NCBI GenBank assembly: GCA_963840385.1
Contig: CAWIYS010000009.1
Location: forward strand, 189,087 to 253,086
Direction of reading: 5' to 3'
DNA length: 64,000 nt
From: an uncultured Chloroflexia bacterium
Lineage (GTDB): Bacteria; Chloroflexota; Dehalococcoidia; DSTF01; JACRBR01
Program-made: the position numbers and the translations under genes
Shown: positions 19,611 through 30,206 of the stretch, in pieces
Position numbering within the stretch: the first letter of the stretch is position 1
How the letters are laid out: the number at the start of each line of letters is the position of its first letter
Notes under the pieces: generated by a model
Told to the model about the DNA's origin: nothing
Seen by the model: only the letters and a program-made list of their open reading frames with translations
The model's database searches: none

Positions 19611-20560
19611 ACGACGTCGCGGCCGGGGCACTCCTCGGCGTCGTGCAGGTCACGGTGGTGGCCGGCGCGGCGCCGCTGCTCAACGGGTTCATCAAGAAGA
19701 TCAAGGCGCGCTTCCAACGACGCCAGGGCCCGCCCCTGCTGCAGGGCTATCGCGACCTCGCGAAGTGGCTCTCACGCTCCGAGCAGGTGGCCGAGTCGAC
19801 GTCGTTCGTGCACGTGCTCGCTCCGGTGGGTGTGCTGGCGGCGACGGTGGCGGCGCTGTTGTTCGTGCCCGTCTTCAGCGCCCGTACGCCGCTCACCACC
19901 GCGGGCGACCTGATCGTCGTCGTCGGGCTGCTGGCGCTGGGGCGCGCCTTGCTGACGCTCGGCGGGATGGACAGCGGCGGCACGTTCGGCGAGATGGGAA
20001 GCAGCCGCGAGTTAGCCGTCGGGGCGCTCGTCGAACCCGTGCTGTTGCTGTCGTTGGCGGCGCTCGCGATCCAGCCGCAGAGCACGCGCCTCGGCGAGAT
20101 CGTGGCATTCGGCGATGGCCACGCGGGGAGTTTCCTCAGCCTCGGCTGGGCGCTGGCCGCGGCAGCCTTCGCCGTGGCGCTCGTCGCCGAAACGGGCCGC
20201 ATACCCGTCGACAACCCGGACACGCACCTCGAGTTGACGATGATCCACGAGGCGATGCTGATCGAGTATTCGGGCCGCAGCCTCGGCATGCTCCACTGCG
20301 CCGCGATGATCAAGCAACTGTTGCTGGCGGTGCTCCTCGCGAACCTCTTCGTTCCGTTTGGCATGGCGCGCGGGGGCGGAGCAGGCGGCTACGCGCTCGG
20401 TGCGGTGCTCGTGACGGTGAAGGTGGCGTTTATCGGCCTCGGACTCGCGCTGGTCGAATCGGCGTTCGCCAAGAAGCGGTTGTTCGAGCTGCCCGACCTC
20501 ATCGGAGCAGCCGGGTTCGCGGCCATGCTCGGCGCCGCCCTTACGGTGCTGTTCGCATGA
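19607..20560 (+). CDS. hyfC: Hydrogenase membrane subunit (HyfC/HycD, NuoH-like)
   Basis: Its ATG overlaps the hyfB stop (ATGA). The NuoH-like motifs are RRQGPPLLQGYRDLAKWL and TGRIPVDNPDTHLELTMIHEAMLIEYSG. Confidence 0.85.
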   Translation: MNDVAAGALLGVVQVTVVAGAAPLLNGFIKKIKARFQRRQGPPLLQGYRDLAKWLSRSEQVAESTSFVHVLAPVGVLAATVAALLFVPVFSARTPLTTAGDLIVVVGLLALGRALLTLGGMDSGGTFGEMGSSRELAVGALVEPVLLLSLAALAIQPQSTRLGEIVAFGDGHAGSFLSLGWALAAAAFAVALVAETGRIPVDNPDTHLELTMIHEAMLIEYSGRSLGMLHCAAMIKQLLLAVLLANLFVPFGMARGGGAGGYALGAVLVTVKVAFIGLGLALVESAFAKKRLFELPDLIGAAGFAAMLGAALTVLFA

Positions 20561-21216
20561 GCTATGGATTCGCCAGCAGCGCCATCGACGTGCTCTCGAT
20601 CGCGATGCTCATCACCGCGCTCGGCATCGTCTGGACGCGATCGCTGGGGTGGGCGCTCGTCCTGTTCGGCGCACAGTCGCTGATGCTCGCGACGGCCGCG
20701 CTCTGCGCAGGCATCGCGACGAGTTCGCCGCACATCATCGCCGCGGCCGGCCTCACGACGATCCTCAAGGTCATCGTGACGCCGCTGCTCCTCTGGATCA
20801 TCGTCCAGCGCCTCGCAACGTCGCACGACGCGCAGCCGTCGCTGGGGCAACGCACCGGCGTCGTCGTCGCCGTGTTGATCGCGCTCGTCTTCGCCCGCGC
20901 GCTGCATGCCCGGCCGTTCCACACGACCATCGGCGCCGAGCGCGTCCTGCCGACGGCGGTGACCGTGATGCTCATCGGCATCCAGATCATGGTGACGCAC
21001 CGTCAGGCGTTGTCGCAGGTGATCGGCTTCCTCCTGCTCGAGAACGGCATGGCACTCGCCGGGCTCACCGCGACCTACGGCATGCCCCTCGTCGTCGAGT
21101 TCGGCATCTTTCTCGATCTCCTGATCGCCGTCTTCGTCGCGTTCGTCTACACACAGCGAATGCACGTGATGTTCGGATCGCTCGACACGGATCGCTTGCG
21201 GAGCCTGCGCGGATGA
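20557..21216 (+). CDS. hyfE: Hydrogenase membrane subunit (HyfE-like, NuoK-related)
   Basis: It is a small polytopic protein with FLLLENGMALAGL. Its start is translationally coupled (ATGA) to hyfC. Confidence 0.7.
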   Translation: MSYGFASSAIDVLSIAMLITALGIVWTRSLGWALVLFGAQSLMLATAALCAGIATSSPHIIAAAGLTTILKVIVTPLLLWIIVQRLATSHDAQPSLGQRTGVVVAVLIALVFARALHARPFHTTIGAERVLPTAVTVMLIGIQIMVTHRQALSQVIGFLLLENGMALAGLTATYGMPLVVEFGIFLDLLIAVFVAFVYTQRMHVMFGSLDTDRLRSLRG

Positions 21217-22691
21217 TCGCTGCCGCCGTCCTCGCCCTGGTGGTGCTCCCCCTCGCGACGGCCGCGGCCATCTGGATCCTGCGCCTTCACCGGGCCAGCG
21301 GTCCGCTCTCCGTGGCGGTCTCGGCCGTCATGCTCGCGGCCGCCCTCGCCGTCTTCCTGCGAGTGCAGGACCGCGGCCCGCAGATGGCGTTCGGGCAATG
21401 GGTGTACGTCGACTCGCTGGGCGCCATCGTGCTCGCGCTCATCGCCGTCGTCGGCCTCTGCGCCGCGCTCAACTCGCAGTCGTACATCGCGCACGACATC
21501 GCCCACGGCGAATTGCGGCGGCAAGACGAGCCGCGCTACTACGCGCTGTTCCTCGCGTTCATGGCCACGATGGCGGCCGTGCCGGTGGTGAACAACCTCG
21601 GCGTGATGTGGGTGGCGATCGAGGCGACCACCGTCGTCTCGGTGCTGCTGGTCAGCATCTACCGCTCCGGCCGCTCGCTGGAGGCGGCGTGGAAGTACCT
21701 GGTGCTCGGTTCCGTCGGCATCGCCCTCGCGCTCTTCGGGACGATGATGACGTACTACGCGGCGTCCGCCACCATCGGCGAGTCCGCGAGCGCGCTCGAC
21801 TGGACGCGGCTCCGCGCCGGTTCGGTGCAGCTGGACCCGGCGGTCATGCGACTCGCGTTCATCTTCATCCTCGTCGGGTACGGCACCAAGGTCGGGTTGG
21901 CGCCCATGCACACGTGGCTGCCCGACGCTCACAGTCAGGCGCCGTCGCCGGTCTCGGGGCTGCTCTCCGGGGTGCTCCTCAACTGCGCCGTCTACGCACT
22001 GCTGCGTTTTCGCGTGCTGACGATCGACGCGGCGGGGGCGGCATACACCGACCACCTCCTGATCGGTTTCGGCCTGTTCAGCGTGGCGCTTGCCGTGCCG
22101 TTCCTCGTCGTGCAGCACGACATCAAACGCCTGCTCGGCTATCACAGCGTCGAGCACATGGGGATCATCGTGCTCGCGATCGGCATCGGCGGCCACGTCG
22201 CGCTGTACGCCGCGATCCTCCACCTCATCGCGCATTCGCTCACGAAGTCCAGCCTGTTCTTCTCCGCCGGCTCCGTGGTGCAGGCGTTCAACAGCCGGTC
22301 GATGCACCGCATGCGCGGGCTGCTGCTCGCGACGCCCCTCGCCGGCGCCGGGCTGATCTTTGGCGCGCTGGCGCTGGCCGGCCTCCCTCCGTTCGCGATG
22401 TTCACCTCCGAGTACGGGCTGGTCGCGGGATCCTTCGCGAGCGGCCGCGCGACCATCGGTGTCATCGGCATCCTGCTCGTGACGCTTGCCGCCGCGAGCC
22501 TCCTGCACCACGTGATCACGTCGGTCTATCACGAGCCGCGGCGTGACGTCGTGGCTCGCCGGATGTCGGCGGCGTCGGCGCTGAGCATCGGTGTGCCGCT
22601 CGCGATCTTGCTCTGGGTCAGCGTCCTGCCACCAGCTCGCTTCCAACGCGCAATCGACGGCGCCGTGAACGTCCTGGAGGCGCCCCGATGA
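21213..22691 (+). CDS. hyfF: Hydrogenase membrane subunit (HyfF-like, NuoM/N antiporter-like)
   Basis: The ATGA overlaps the hyfE stop. Motifs are GVMWVAIEATTV and GYGTKVGLAPMHTWLPDAHSQAPSPVSGLLSGVLLNCAVY. Confidence 0.8.
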   Translation: MIAAAVLALVVLPLATAAAIWILRLHRASGPLSVAVSAVMLAAALAVFLRVQDRGPQMAFGQWVYVDSLGAIVLALIAVVGLCAALNSQSYIAHDIAHGELRRQDEPRYYALFLAFMATMAAVPVVNNLGVMWVAIEATTVVSVLLVSIYRSGRSLEAAWKYLVLGSVGIALALFGTMMTYYAASATIGESASALDWTRLRAGSVQLDPAVMRLAFIFILVGYGTKVGLAPMHTWLPDAHSQAPSPVSGLLSGVLLNCAVYALLRFRVLTIDAAGAAYTDHLLIGFGLFSVALAVPFLVVQHDIKRLLGYHSVEHMGIIVLAIGIGGHVALYAAILHLIAHSLTKSSLFFSAGSVVQAFNSRSMHRMRGLLLATPLAGAGLIFGALALAGLPPFAMFTSEYGLVAGSFASGRATIGVIGILLVTLAAASLLHHVITSVYHEPRRDVVARRMSAASALSIGVPLAILLWVSVLPPARFQRAIDGAVNVLEAPR

Positions 22692-24262
22692 TCGCCCAGA
22701 CGCGCGCGATCCTCGACGATTGTCCGGTGGACCTCGTCCCGCAGGAAACGCCGGCGCCCAACGAGACGCTGGTCCTGTGCGACCGGGACAATCTGCCGCA
22801 CGCCGCCGCCTACTTCATCGGACGCGGCGCGACGCTCGCGACGATGGCCGGGCTCGACCTGCGACCGCGCGGCAGCGCGTTCGCCGTGGAGTACGTCTTC
22901 TCGCTGCCGGCATGCGACGAGTTCCTGCGCGTCCGCGCCGTCGTGCCCGAGGAGCAGCGCGAATATCGGTCCGTGACGCTGCTCGTGCCGGCTGCCCAGT
23001 GGTACGAGCGCGAGGTGAAGGACCTGCTCGGCCTCACGCCGTCCGATCATCCTGATCCGCGCCGGCTCGTCCTGCACGAGCGCTACCCGCACGGCTACCA
23101 CCCGCTCCGTAAGGATGTGTCCGCAACGGAGCCGCCCGAGTACGACCAGCGGCGCTTCGACTACTTCGAGGTACACGGAGAAGGCGTGTACGAACTGCCG
23201 GTCGGCCCGATCCACGCCGGCATCATCGAGCCGGGGCATTTCCGCTTCTCCAACGTCGGCGAATCGATCCTCCACCTCGACGCGCGGCTCTTCTACACGC
23301 ACCGCGGCGTAGAGAAGATCGTTGAGGGCAAGACGTTCGACGACGCCCTCTTCACCGTCGAGCGCACATGCGGCGTCTGCACGGTGTCGCACGCGGTCTC
23401 GTTCGCGATGGCGGCGGAACGGTTGACGGGTACGGTGGTTCCCGCCCGCGCGTCGTGGCTGCGCACGCTGCTTCTCGAGATGGAGCGTCTCTACAACCAC
23501 GTGGGCGACATCGGCAACATCTGCGCCGGCGCCGGATTCCATGCCGGAACGTCGCAGGGCGCCATTCTCAAGGAGCGCCTGCAACGGCTCAACGAGGAAC
23601 TCACCGGTCATCGGTTCCTCATGGGCGTGATCGGCCTCGGTGGCATGCGCTACGACCTCGCCCCGACTGCGCTGACACGCGCGCTGCGAGACCTCGCCGC
23701 GGTCCGTGCCGACGTCGAGTCGTACTTCGACATGGTGCTGGGCGCGGACAGCTTCGTGCATCGCATCGTGGGACCCGGCCGGATCGACGCCGCCAGCGTG
23801 CTGGCCTTCGGCGGTACCGGCGTGACGGCGCGTGCTTCGGGCGTGCCGACGGACTACCGCGTCGACCACCCGCATCTCGCGTACGGCGATCTCGCGCCCC
23901 CGTGCGCGGTCGAGGAGCGCGGCGACGTCGCCGCGCGCCTGAAGGTGCGCGCTCGCGAGACGCTCGAGAGCTTCTTGCTGGCCACTCGGATCATCGAGGG
24001 GATGCCCGGAGGCGCCGTGTCGTCGCCGCTGGCCCTGGCCCCGTCCGGCGCATCGGCGCTGGGGTATTCGGAGAGTCCGCGCGGCGCGAACGTGCACTGG
24101 CTCATGGCCGATGGCGGCGATCGCGTGTATCGACTGCGGATACGATCGGCGTCGTACGCGAACTGGCCGCTCGTGACGCGCGCGGTGGTCGGGAACGTCG
24201 TCCCGGACTTCCCACTGATCAACAAGAGCTTCGAGCTCTGCTACGCCTGCTGCGACCGGTGA
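22688..24262 (+). CDS. hyfG: [NiFe] hydrogenase large subunit with fused NuoC-like N-terminal domain (HyfG/HycE type)
   Basis: The N-terminal Ni-ligand motif is RTCGVCTVSH (RxCGxC). The C-terminal motif is ELCYACCDR. The NuoC-like N-terminus precedes the NuoD-like body. Confidence 0.9.
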   Translation: MIAQTRAILDDCPVDLVPQETPAPNETLVLCDRDNLPHAAAYFIGRGATLATMAGLDLRPRGSAFAVEYVFSLPACDEFLRVRAVVPEEQREYRSVTLLVPAAQWYEREVKDLLGLTPSDHPDPRRLVLHERYPHGYHPLRKDVSATEPPEYDQRRFDYFEVHGEGVYELPVGPIHAGIIEPGHFRFSNVGESILHLDARLFYTHRGVEKIVEGKTFDDALFTVERTCGVCTVSHAVSFAMAAERLTGTVVPARASWLRTLLLEMERLYNHVGDIGNICAGAGFHAGTSQGAILKERLQRLNEELTGHRFLMGVIGLGGMRYDLAPTALTRALRDLAAVRADVESYFDMVLGADSFVHRIVGPGRIDAASVLAFGGTGVTARASGVPTDYRVDHPHLAYGDLAPPCAVEERGDVAARLKVRARETLESFLLATRIIEGMPGGAVSSPLALAPSGASALGYSESPRGANVHWLMADGGDRVYRLRIRSASYANWPLVTRAVVGNVVPDFPLINKSFELCYACCDR

Positions 24263-24270
24263 GGTGAACG

Positions 24271-24630
24271 ATGGGGCTCCTTGACGTCCTCCTGCGACCG
24301 CTCCGATCCACGGTGGCAACGCGCGCGTACCCGCCGCACGCTGACGTGCCGGATCGCGGCCATCGCGGCACTCCCGAGCTGCAGCCGGAACGATGCCGGG
24401 GTCGCGGCGATTGCGCGGCAGCGTGCCCGACCTCGGCGATCAGCGTTCAGGACGACGGTCATGGATCGGTTCGCTGGCAGCTCGACTACGGGCGGTGCAT
24501 CTTCTGCGGCCGCTGCGTCGAATCGTGCACCGACGGGGCGATCATCGCCACTGGCGAGTTCGAGCTGGCGGCACGTCAGCGAGACGGCGTCGTCGCCGTC
24601 CACGTCGTGAGGGCCGCCGCGCATGACTGA
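24271..24630 (+). CDS. hyfH: Hydrogenase 2x[4Fe-4S] ferredoxin subunit (HyfH/HycF, NuoI-like)
   Basis: The first cluster motif reads CRGRGDCAAACP and the second CIFCGRCVESC. Confidence 0.8.
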   Translation: MGLLDVLLRPLRSTVATRAYPPHADVPDRGHRGTPELQPERCRGRGDCAAACPTSAISVQDDGHGSVRWQLDYGRCIFCGRCVESCTDGAIIATGEFELAARQRDGVVAVHVVRAAAHD

Positions 24631-25096
24631 AGACCGCGAGCTCGAGCACGCCATCGCGGGACACCTCGGACGCTCGCTGCACATCCGGCACCTCGACAGC
24701 GGGTCGTGCAACGCGTGCGACTGGGAACTCGCCGCACTGCTGAATCCCGTGTACGACGTGCAACGCCTCGGGATCGACTTCGTCGCGTCGCCCCGGCACG
24801 CCGACCTGCTCCTCGTCACGGGCGTGATGACGCGCAACCTGCAGGAGGCGGCGCTGCTGACCTACCGGGCGATGCCGGAGCCGCGGCTGGTCGTGGCAGT
24901 CGGCGCGTGCGCCGTCGGCGGCGGCGTCTTCGACCGCACGTATGCCGCGTCGGGATCCGCCGAACCCGTTCTGCCGGTCGATGTCTTCATTCCCGGCTGC
25001 CCGCCTCGTCCTGAGGCGATCATCCACGGTCTCCTCGTCGCGGTGGGGCGGATGGCGCCCAGACCGCGACAAGCGCCCGGCTGGGCCGCTTCTTAG
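24623..25096 (+). CDS. hyfI: [NiFe] hydrogenase small subunit (HyfI/HycG, NuoB-like)
   Basis: The NuoB signature is GSCNACDWE ... GACAVGGG ... IPGCPPRPE. It overlaps the hyfH stop. Confidence 0.85.
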   Translation: MTEDRELEHAIAGHLGRSLHIRHLDSGSCNACDWELAALLNPVYDVQRLGIDFVASPRHADLLLVTGVMTRNLQEAALLTYRAMPEPRLVVAVGACAVGGGVFDRTYAASGSAEPVLPVDVFIPGCPPRPEAIIHGLLVAVGRMAPRPRQAPGWAAS

Positions 25097-25166
25097 GCGG
25101 GGTTCGGCTGCGTCCAGCTTTCTCGAGGATGGGCGGCGGAAATCGGGCTGTGACACCCCGCGACTC

Positions 25167-26336
25167 TCACGGGAGGCGGAGCGCCGGCGGGAGCGATTCG
25201 TAGACCCGTTGATACTCCGCGGCGAGAGCGGCGTGCCCCTTCGCACTGGCATCAAGGCCGTTACCGTCGATCCAGTCACAGTGACCGCGGAACAGCGAGC
25301 GGGCATCCACAAGGTACGCGCCGTAGCGGCCCGCCACCTCGGCGATGACGGCGTTCCACGCATCCACTGCCGGCCCGCTATATGGATTGTGGTTGCACTC
25401 GCTCGAGTCGTAGTACAGGAGCACGAGCAGCGGCGTATGCTCGTCCTTCGCGGCGACGATCCGCGAGTAGATGACGTCGAGCTGCTCGCGAAGATGCGCG
25501 ATCCCCGCGACGAACTCGCCCAGGCACGGCGGCGATGCGCACGCGCGGCCGATGTCGACGAGGTTGTTGCCGCCGATGCTCATCGTGATCGCCGCCAGGG
25601 GCACGCCCTCGTCCCGGTACTGGTTGATCAGTCTGATGGCGATGTCCAACTGCGGTTCGATCCCTCCATTCGAAATGAAGGTATCGGTGGTTTGGTAGCC
25701 CGAGCCCGACGTCTGCCAGATCACCGGGCGGCCAATTCGTCGCTCTAGATAGGCACGGAAGATCGACGCCGAGGACGCCTCGAGCGGCCCGCAACAGCCC
25801 CACTGAATCCCATCGCCGATCGAGAGGTATGCGATAGATGACGAGCCCGCGCGAGCCGTTGCCGTGATGGCGACCGACGTGCCCTCAGTCGTGGGGACGT
25901 TCCCGGGGGTGGCCGTGGGTGTCGCCGTGAGTTGCGGCGGGCTCGGCGGTGTCGGCTCGGGCGCCGTCCTGGTGACGGCGGGGATGGGCGATGGTGTGGA
26001 TGTCGCCTCCGCGGTCGCCGTTGGCTCGCGCGTGGGACAGACCGTCGGAGAAACGTCCGGGGCGACGCTCGTCGGCGACGCAGCCGGCTCGACCGGAGTC
26101 GTCGTCTCCTGAGCGGACAACTCGGTGGCGCCGTCCTGGTTGGTGGCCGTCGCATCAGGCGGGGGCTCGGTCACCGTCGCGGTCGCGGTCGCGGTCGGCT
26201 GACAGGGTGCGGCAGCCGCGAACGCCGCGCCGGCCGGCGCCGCACGCTGCGAGTCCGTCGTGTACGGGCCGCATGCCGCCGCAAACAGCAGCAGCGGGAG
26301 CGACGCAACGAACAGGTGCTTCATCCTGCGTATCAT
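25167..26336 (-). CDS. Lipoprotein with Thr/Pro-rich linker and SGNH/GDSL-like hydrolase domain
   Basis: The signal peptide plus lipobox is LLLFAAACGP. A TPT-rich spacer follows. The C-terminal domain has SIGGNNLVDIG and a DxxH-like motif (GHCDWIDG). Confidence 0.55.
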   Translation of the reverse strand: MIRRMKHLFVASLPLLLFAAACGPYTTDSQRAAPAGAAFAAAAPCQPTATATATVTEPPPDATATNQDGATELSAQETTTPVEPAASPTSVAPDVSPTVCPTREPTATAEATSTPSPIPAVTRTAPEPTPPSPPQLTATPTATPGNVPTTEGTSVAITATARAGSSSIAYLSIGDGIQWGCCGPLEASSASIFRAYLERRIGRPVIWQTSGSGYQTTDTFISNGGIEPQLDIAIRLINQYRDEGVPLAAITMSIGGNNLVDIGRACASPPCLGEFVAGIAHLREQLDVIYSRIVAAKDEHTPLLVLLYYDSSECNHNPYSGPAVDAWNAVIAEVAGRYGAYLVDARSLFRGHCDWIDGNGLDASAKGHAALAAEYQRVYESLPPALRLP

Positions 26337-26938
26337 ATGCCTCGACCGGCCTGGTTGGCGACGTTCGGCCGGTCCAACGGGCTAGCCCGGTCTCGGGCGG
26401 CGCGCGCCGCGCGGCTATCCCGGCGATGTGCGCCTCCTTTACACGTGCACCGTCCGCGGTGAAACACGCTGCTTCGTGTCTCGTTTGATCGACGAGACTG
26501 CATTGAAGGGCGGGGCGATGGCGAAGCACGTGGCGGACGAGGCGACGGTGGAACGGCTGCGGCAGGAGATCGTGCGCGACCGGCTGCGCCTCGCACGGGC
26601 CATCGCCCTGGCGTCGGAGGCCCCGGAATCCAGCACGGACGGACCGGCGCGCGTCGGCCGGCTGCATCGCATCTTCACGCTGATGGGTGAGTGCTAGCCA
26701 CTGCCCCGGCCGCCTCGCGGCGGCGAACACGTAGCGAACCTTAACGCGCGAATCATCTCCGGTTAACCACGCGCCTCTACGATTGCCACGATCCCGCCGG
26801 CGAGGTACGGCGGATCAGACATCGAGCCAACTCGTGCACGGCGACGTGCACTGGAAGGGCGGGGACGGCCAGGCGTGGCGGGCGTCTGGCCTTCTTCATG
26901 CCCGCGGCGTCGAGTCGGCCGTACGTGGATGTCGGGAG

Positions 26939-27676
26939 CTACCTGGCGGCGGCCTCGCGACACGGCACGGCCGCGTGCCGGGCCGGATCGAACGTCTCGA
27001 AGAACGCGCGGCCGATGGCGAACAGCCCCCGCTGCGGGATCCAGAAGTCGCCGAGCTGCGCCTGCACGGCGAGCGGCCCCGGCGCGCCGAGATCCGTCGC
27101 GCCGATGTGCGCCGCGTCGCGCGCGATCGTCCACAACACCATCGGGTTGGCGACGAAGAGCTGGCCGTTCGGCGCGCGGCCGTGCACGCCGAGGCGTCCC
27201 GCACCGAGCGCGGGACCGGCGACGGCCGCCATCATCGATAACACGCGCCGGTCCTTCCACAACGGCTCCGGCATGCGGCGCGCTATCGCATTGAGCGCGC
27301 GCGTCGCGACGGTCGATGCCAGCTCGACCTCCCACGTCAGGCCGGCGGACGCGACGCCGACGCGGAGCACGCGCGGCGCCGGCCACGAGACGTCGATCGG
27401 GCACTCGACCGCGCGTTGCACGCCGCCGCCGAAGTAGCGCGTGCAGGCGTGCATTGGGTCGGTGTCCGCGTAGAACGTCCAGGCGCCGTCCGGGTCGCGG
27501 TGCCAGACCGACGTGTATCCCGCGCCGACGGACGACGCCGGAAACCGCCGCATCGCCAGCACGTGGCCGGATGCGAACGGCGCGCCCATGACGCCGTAGC
27601 CGCCGAAGCGCTCGTCGTCGCCGCCCGGCAGCTGCGGGGTGCGTTCGATCCGCTCGGCGTACTCTCGTGGTTCCAT
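26939..27676 (-). CDS. Hypothetical protein
   Basis: The ORF is 245 aa in a good coding frame. No confident motif can be recognised by eye. Confidence 0.35.
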   Translation of the reverse strand: MEPREYAERIERTPQLPGGDDERFGGYGVMGAPFASGHVLAMRRFPASSVGAGYTSVWHRDPDGAWTFYADTDPMHACTRYFGGGVQRAVECPIDVSWPAPRVLRVGVASAGLTWEVELASTVATRALNAIARRMPEPLWKDRRVLSMMAAVAGPALGAGRLGVHGRAPNGQLFVANPMVLWTIARDAAHIGATDLGAPGPLAVQAQLGDFWIPQRGLFAIGRAFFETFDPARHAAVPCREAAAR

Positions 27677-27694
27677 GTGCGTGAGGTCCTGCCG

Positions 27695-28269
27695 CTAGGC
27701 GCGAGAACGGAGGGCGGCGAGATTCGCGCGAATCTCACCGACGTGCTCGCGCGCGTGGCCGAAGCACGGGCCAGCGAGCATCCGCCACACCGGCATGTCG
27801 TACATGTCGTCGACTTCGGCGAGATAGCCGGCGGTCCGGTGCTGCGGCAGGCGCGTGCCATGTCGTGCGGGTGTCGGGAACAGCGTCGAGCGCCGCGTCG
27901 TTGAGGCCGTCGAGCAGCTGCATCGCGGCCGCGTAGACCGCATCGACGTAGGCGAGCACGTCGGCCGGCGCGACAGCGCGCGGCGATGCCGTCGGCGTCT
28001 TCGGCCGACATGCCGAAGGCGGCGAACGGCGGGTTGACGCCGGGCCGCGATGCCAGTTCGGCGTTGGTGCGCAGTTCGGGCAGGCCGCGCATCCACGTGT
28101 GCAGCGCCCAGTCCATCACGGCGGGCACGTGCCATGCGGTGAAGCCGATGAGGTTCGCACCGGCGTTCGGACGCGCGGTCCACTCGCCGGGCGCGATGCC
28201 CTTCAGAGTCGACGTGAAGAGCCCGTACACGCCGGTGATCTGTCCGCGGAGGACCGAGACGGCATCCAT
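27695..28269 (-). CDS. DinB/YfiT-like (DinB_2) four-helix-bundle metalloprotein, disrupted by a frameshift near 28000
   Basis: The N-terminal part (FTSTLKGIAPGEWTARPNAGANLIGFTAWHVPAVMDWALHTW) is in one frame. The C-terminal part (YLAEVDDMYDMPVWRMLAGPCFGHAREHVGEIRANLAALRS) is in another frame, and the two overlap at their junction. Confidence 0.5.
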
Positions 28270-28358
28270 GGCGGCTATTTTACATGCCTCAAAACGTCGT
28301 CGCATGGAGATGGGCGAGACCTAATGCGGGGACGAGGTACGCCGGGGGCGTGAAGAGC

Positions 28359-30102
28359 CTAGTGGGCTCCCAGCCCGCACGCCGGGTCGAAGCTCGCGCA
28401 CGGGGCCTTCGTCGGCGCCGGTGGCGGTGGCGGTGGCGGAGCGACGGTCGGCGGGGCGGGCGGGATCGTCGGCGCGGGCGGAGCGGTCGGATCGACCGGC
28501 GGAATGGTGGGCGCCGTCGGCGGCACTTCCGTCGTCGGTTCCTCCGCCGCCGCCGTCGCGGTAGCGCCGACACGATCGTTGGCGATGAAGGCGCACGCCG
28601 CCAGCGCCTGCGGGCGCGTGAGCCCGGCGATGACGCCGCGCCGCAGGCACAGCCGCAGGTCGTCCGTCACGACGGCGACGTCGATGCCTCGCTCGCCCTC
28701 GTCGAGCAGTCGTTGCGCGACGGTGTCGACGACGGACTCGATCCACTCCTCCGTGGCGTCCGGAGTGGCCGCTCGGCTCGGGCGTGTCGGTGGCATCGGC
28801 CGCGGACAACGGCGGGTAGCCCGGCGTGCGGCCGCTGCTGACGTCGGCGCCCGGCGTCGGCGTCGCCAGGCCGCTCGCCAGCGCCGAGACGACGCGCTTC
28901 GACAGCTGGCCGGCGAGGGCGTCGATCACCTTCTCGGGCGCGTCCGGCATCGCCTTGCGCAGGTCGGCCTTGATGTGGTCCTTCACGAACGCCTGGTACG
29001 GGCCCTTCAACACGTCGGCGGCGCCGGCGTTCGGGTCGGCGTACAGCTTGCGCGCGTACTTCTCCCACTCGAGCGCCTTCTTCGTGACGTCGACCGCCTT
29101 GCCGACGTTCGGCACCTTGCCGTAGGCCTTCACCTCCAGGTCGAGGCCGGATTGCAGGAGCGGCCCGCCGTCCTCGGCCAGCGACTGTCCGGGCGTGTGG
29201 CCCGCGTCCTGCGTCGCGCCCGTCGCCACCGCGTACAGGTAGCCGTGGATCGCACCGAGCTGCTGGTCCAGGTCGCCGCGCTCGACGGACTGAACCCACT
29301 CTTCGTAGGTCGAGGCGTCGCCGCGCAGGTTCGGCGGCAGGCCCTCGAAGGCCTGCTGCTTCTCCGTGCCGTCCATGCGGGCGACGATGTCGATGACCCG
29401 GCCGCGCTCGCGCTCCGGCAGCTTGCGCATTTGGTTGAAGAAGTCCGGCAGCGTCGAGTCGAGCAGCTTGTCGAGCAGCCCGGCGGGCGGCGCGCCGTCC
29501 GCGCGCACGTATCGCGGCGGCTCGGCCGACGCCAGTTGCGAGTCGAGCAGTTTCAGCGCGGCGGTGACCGAGGCTTCGTTATCGCCGAGCGCACGATAGC
29601 CCGTGTAGAAGCGCTCGAAGTCCGTGGCTGTCGTCTCGCCGCTGAACAGCGGCTGCGTGAAGCCCGCCGAAGCCGACGACAGCAGGTCGAGCCGCACGGC
29701 CTCGGCGTCGCTCGCGAAGCCTGCCACCGTGCGCAGCGCCGCCGCGATCTCCGGGTGGGTGAATCGTTTGCCCGGCGTCGTGTCCCAGAACCTGCCGAAG
29801 CCCATGGGGTGGCCGGTGCTTGTCTGGTGGCCCATGTCGAAGATCGCGTCGGAACCGTACGCCAGGTCGACGTAGTACTCGCCGGCGGGCAGGTCCAGTT
29901 CGACGTCGTCGGCGTTGCCGTATGCGACGGACAGCGCGGGCGAGCCGCCGTCGGTGCGGAACGCGACGGCGACCAGTTGCGAGCTCGCGCCGTCGCCGGA
30001 CGGCGAGAGCACGAGCACGGCCGCCGCGACGGCGCCGACGACGGCGGCCGCCGCGAGCGCGAGCAGCACTGCCTTGATGCGAAGGGAACCGCGTTCGTCC
30101 AT
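28359..30102 (-). CDS. Hypothetical N-terminally anchored or secreted protein with Pro-rich C-terminal region. One frameshift near 28795.
   Basis: The start is MDERGSLRIKAVLLALAAAAVVGAVAAAVLVL, a TM or signal sequence. A roughly 430-aa body with no known motifs follows. The frame then switches to ...TEEWIESVVDTVAQRLL...PPTVAPPPPPPPAPTKAPCASFDPACGLGAH. Confidence 0.45.
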
Positions 30103-30206
30103 CTCAGGCGTATCGGCCAGCGGCGGGTCGATTCGCACAGTATCGACGGGAATCGGGGTGGCAGCCCCCGGCGATGCACGGCGCCTGCGCCCGCGCTGCG
30201 CGCTGG

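Noticed and set aside
28289-28573. Arg-rich minus-strand ORF (RRRRRRNRRRKCRRRRPPF...) and similar poly-Arg ORFs at 9469-9687, 25745-26155 and 30439-30660
   Set aside because: They are the antisense or out-of-frame reading of GC-rich Pro/Ala codons. They have no start context and overlap supported genes.
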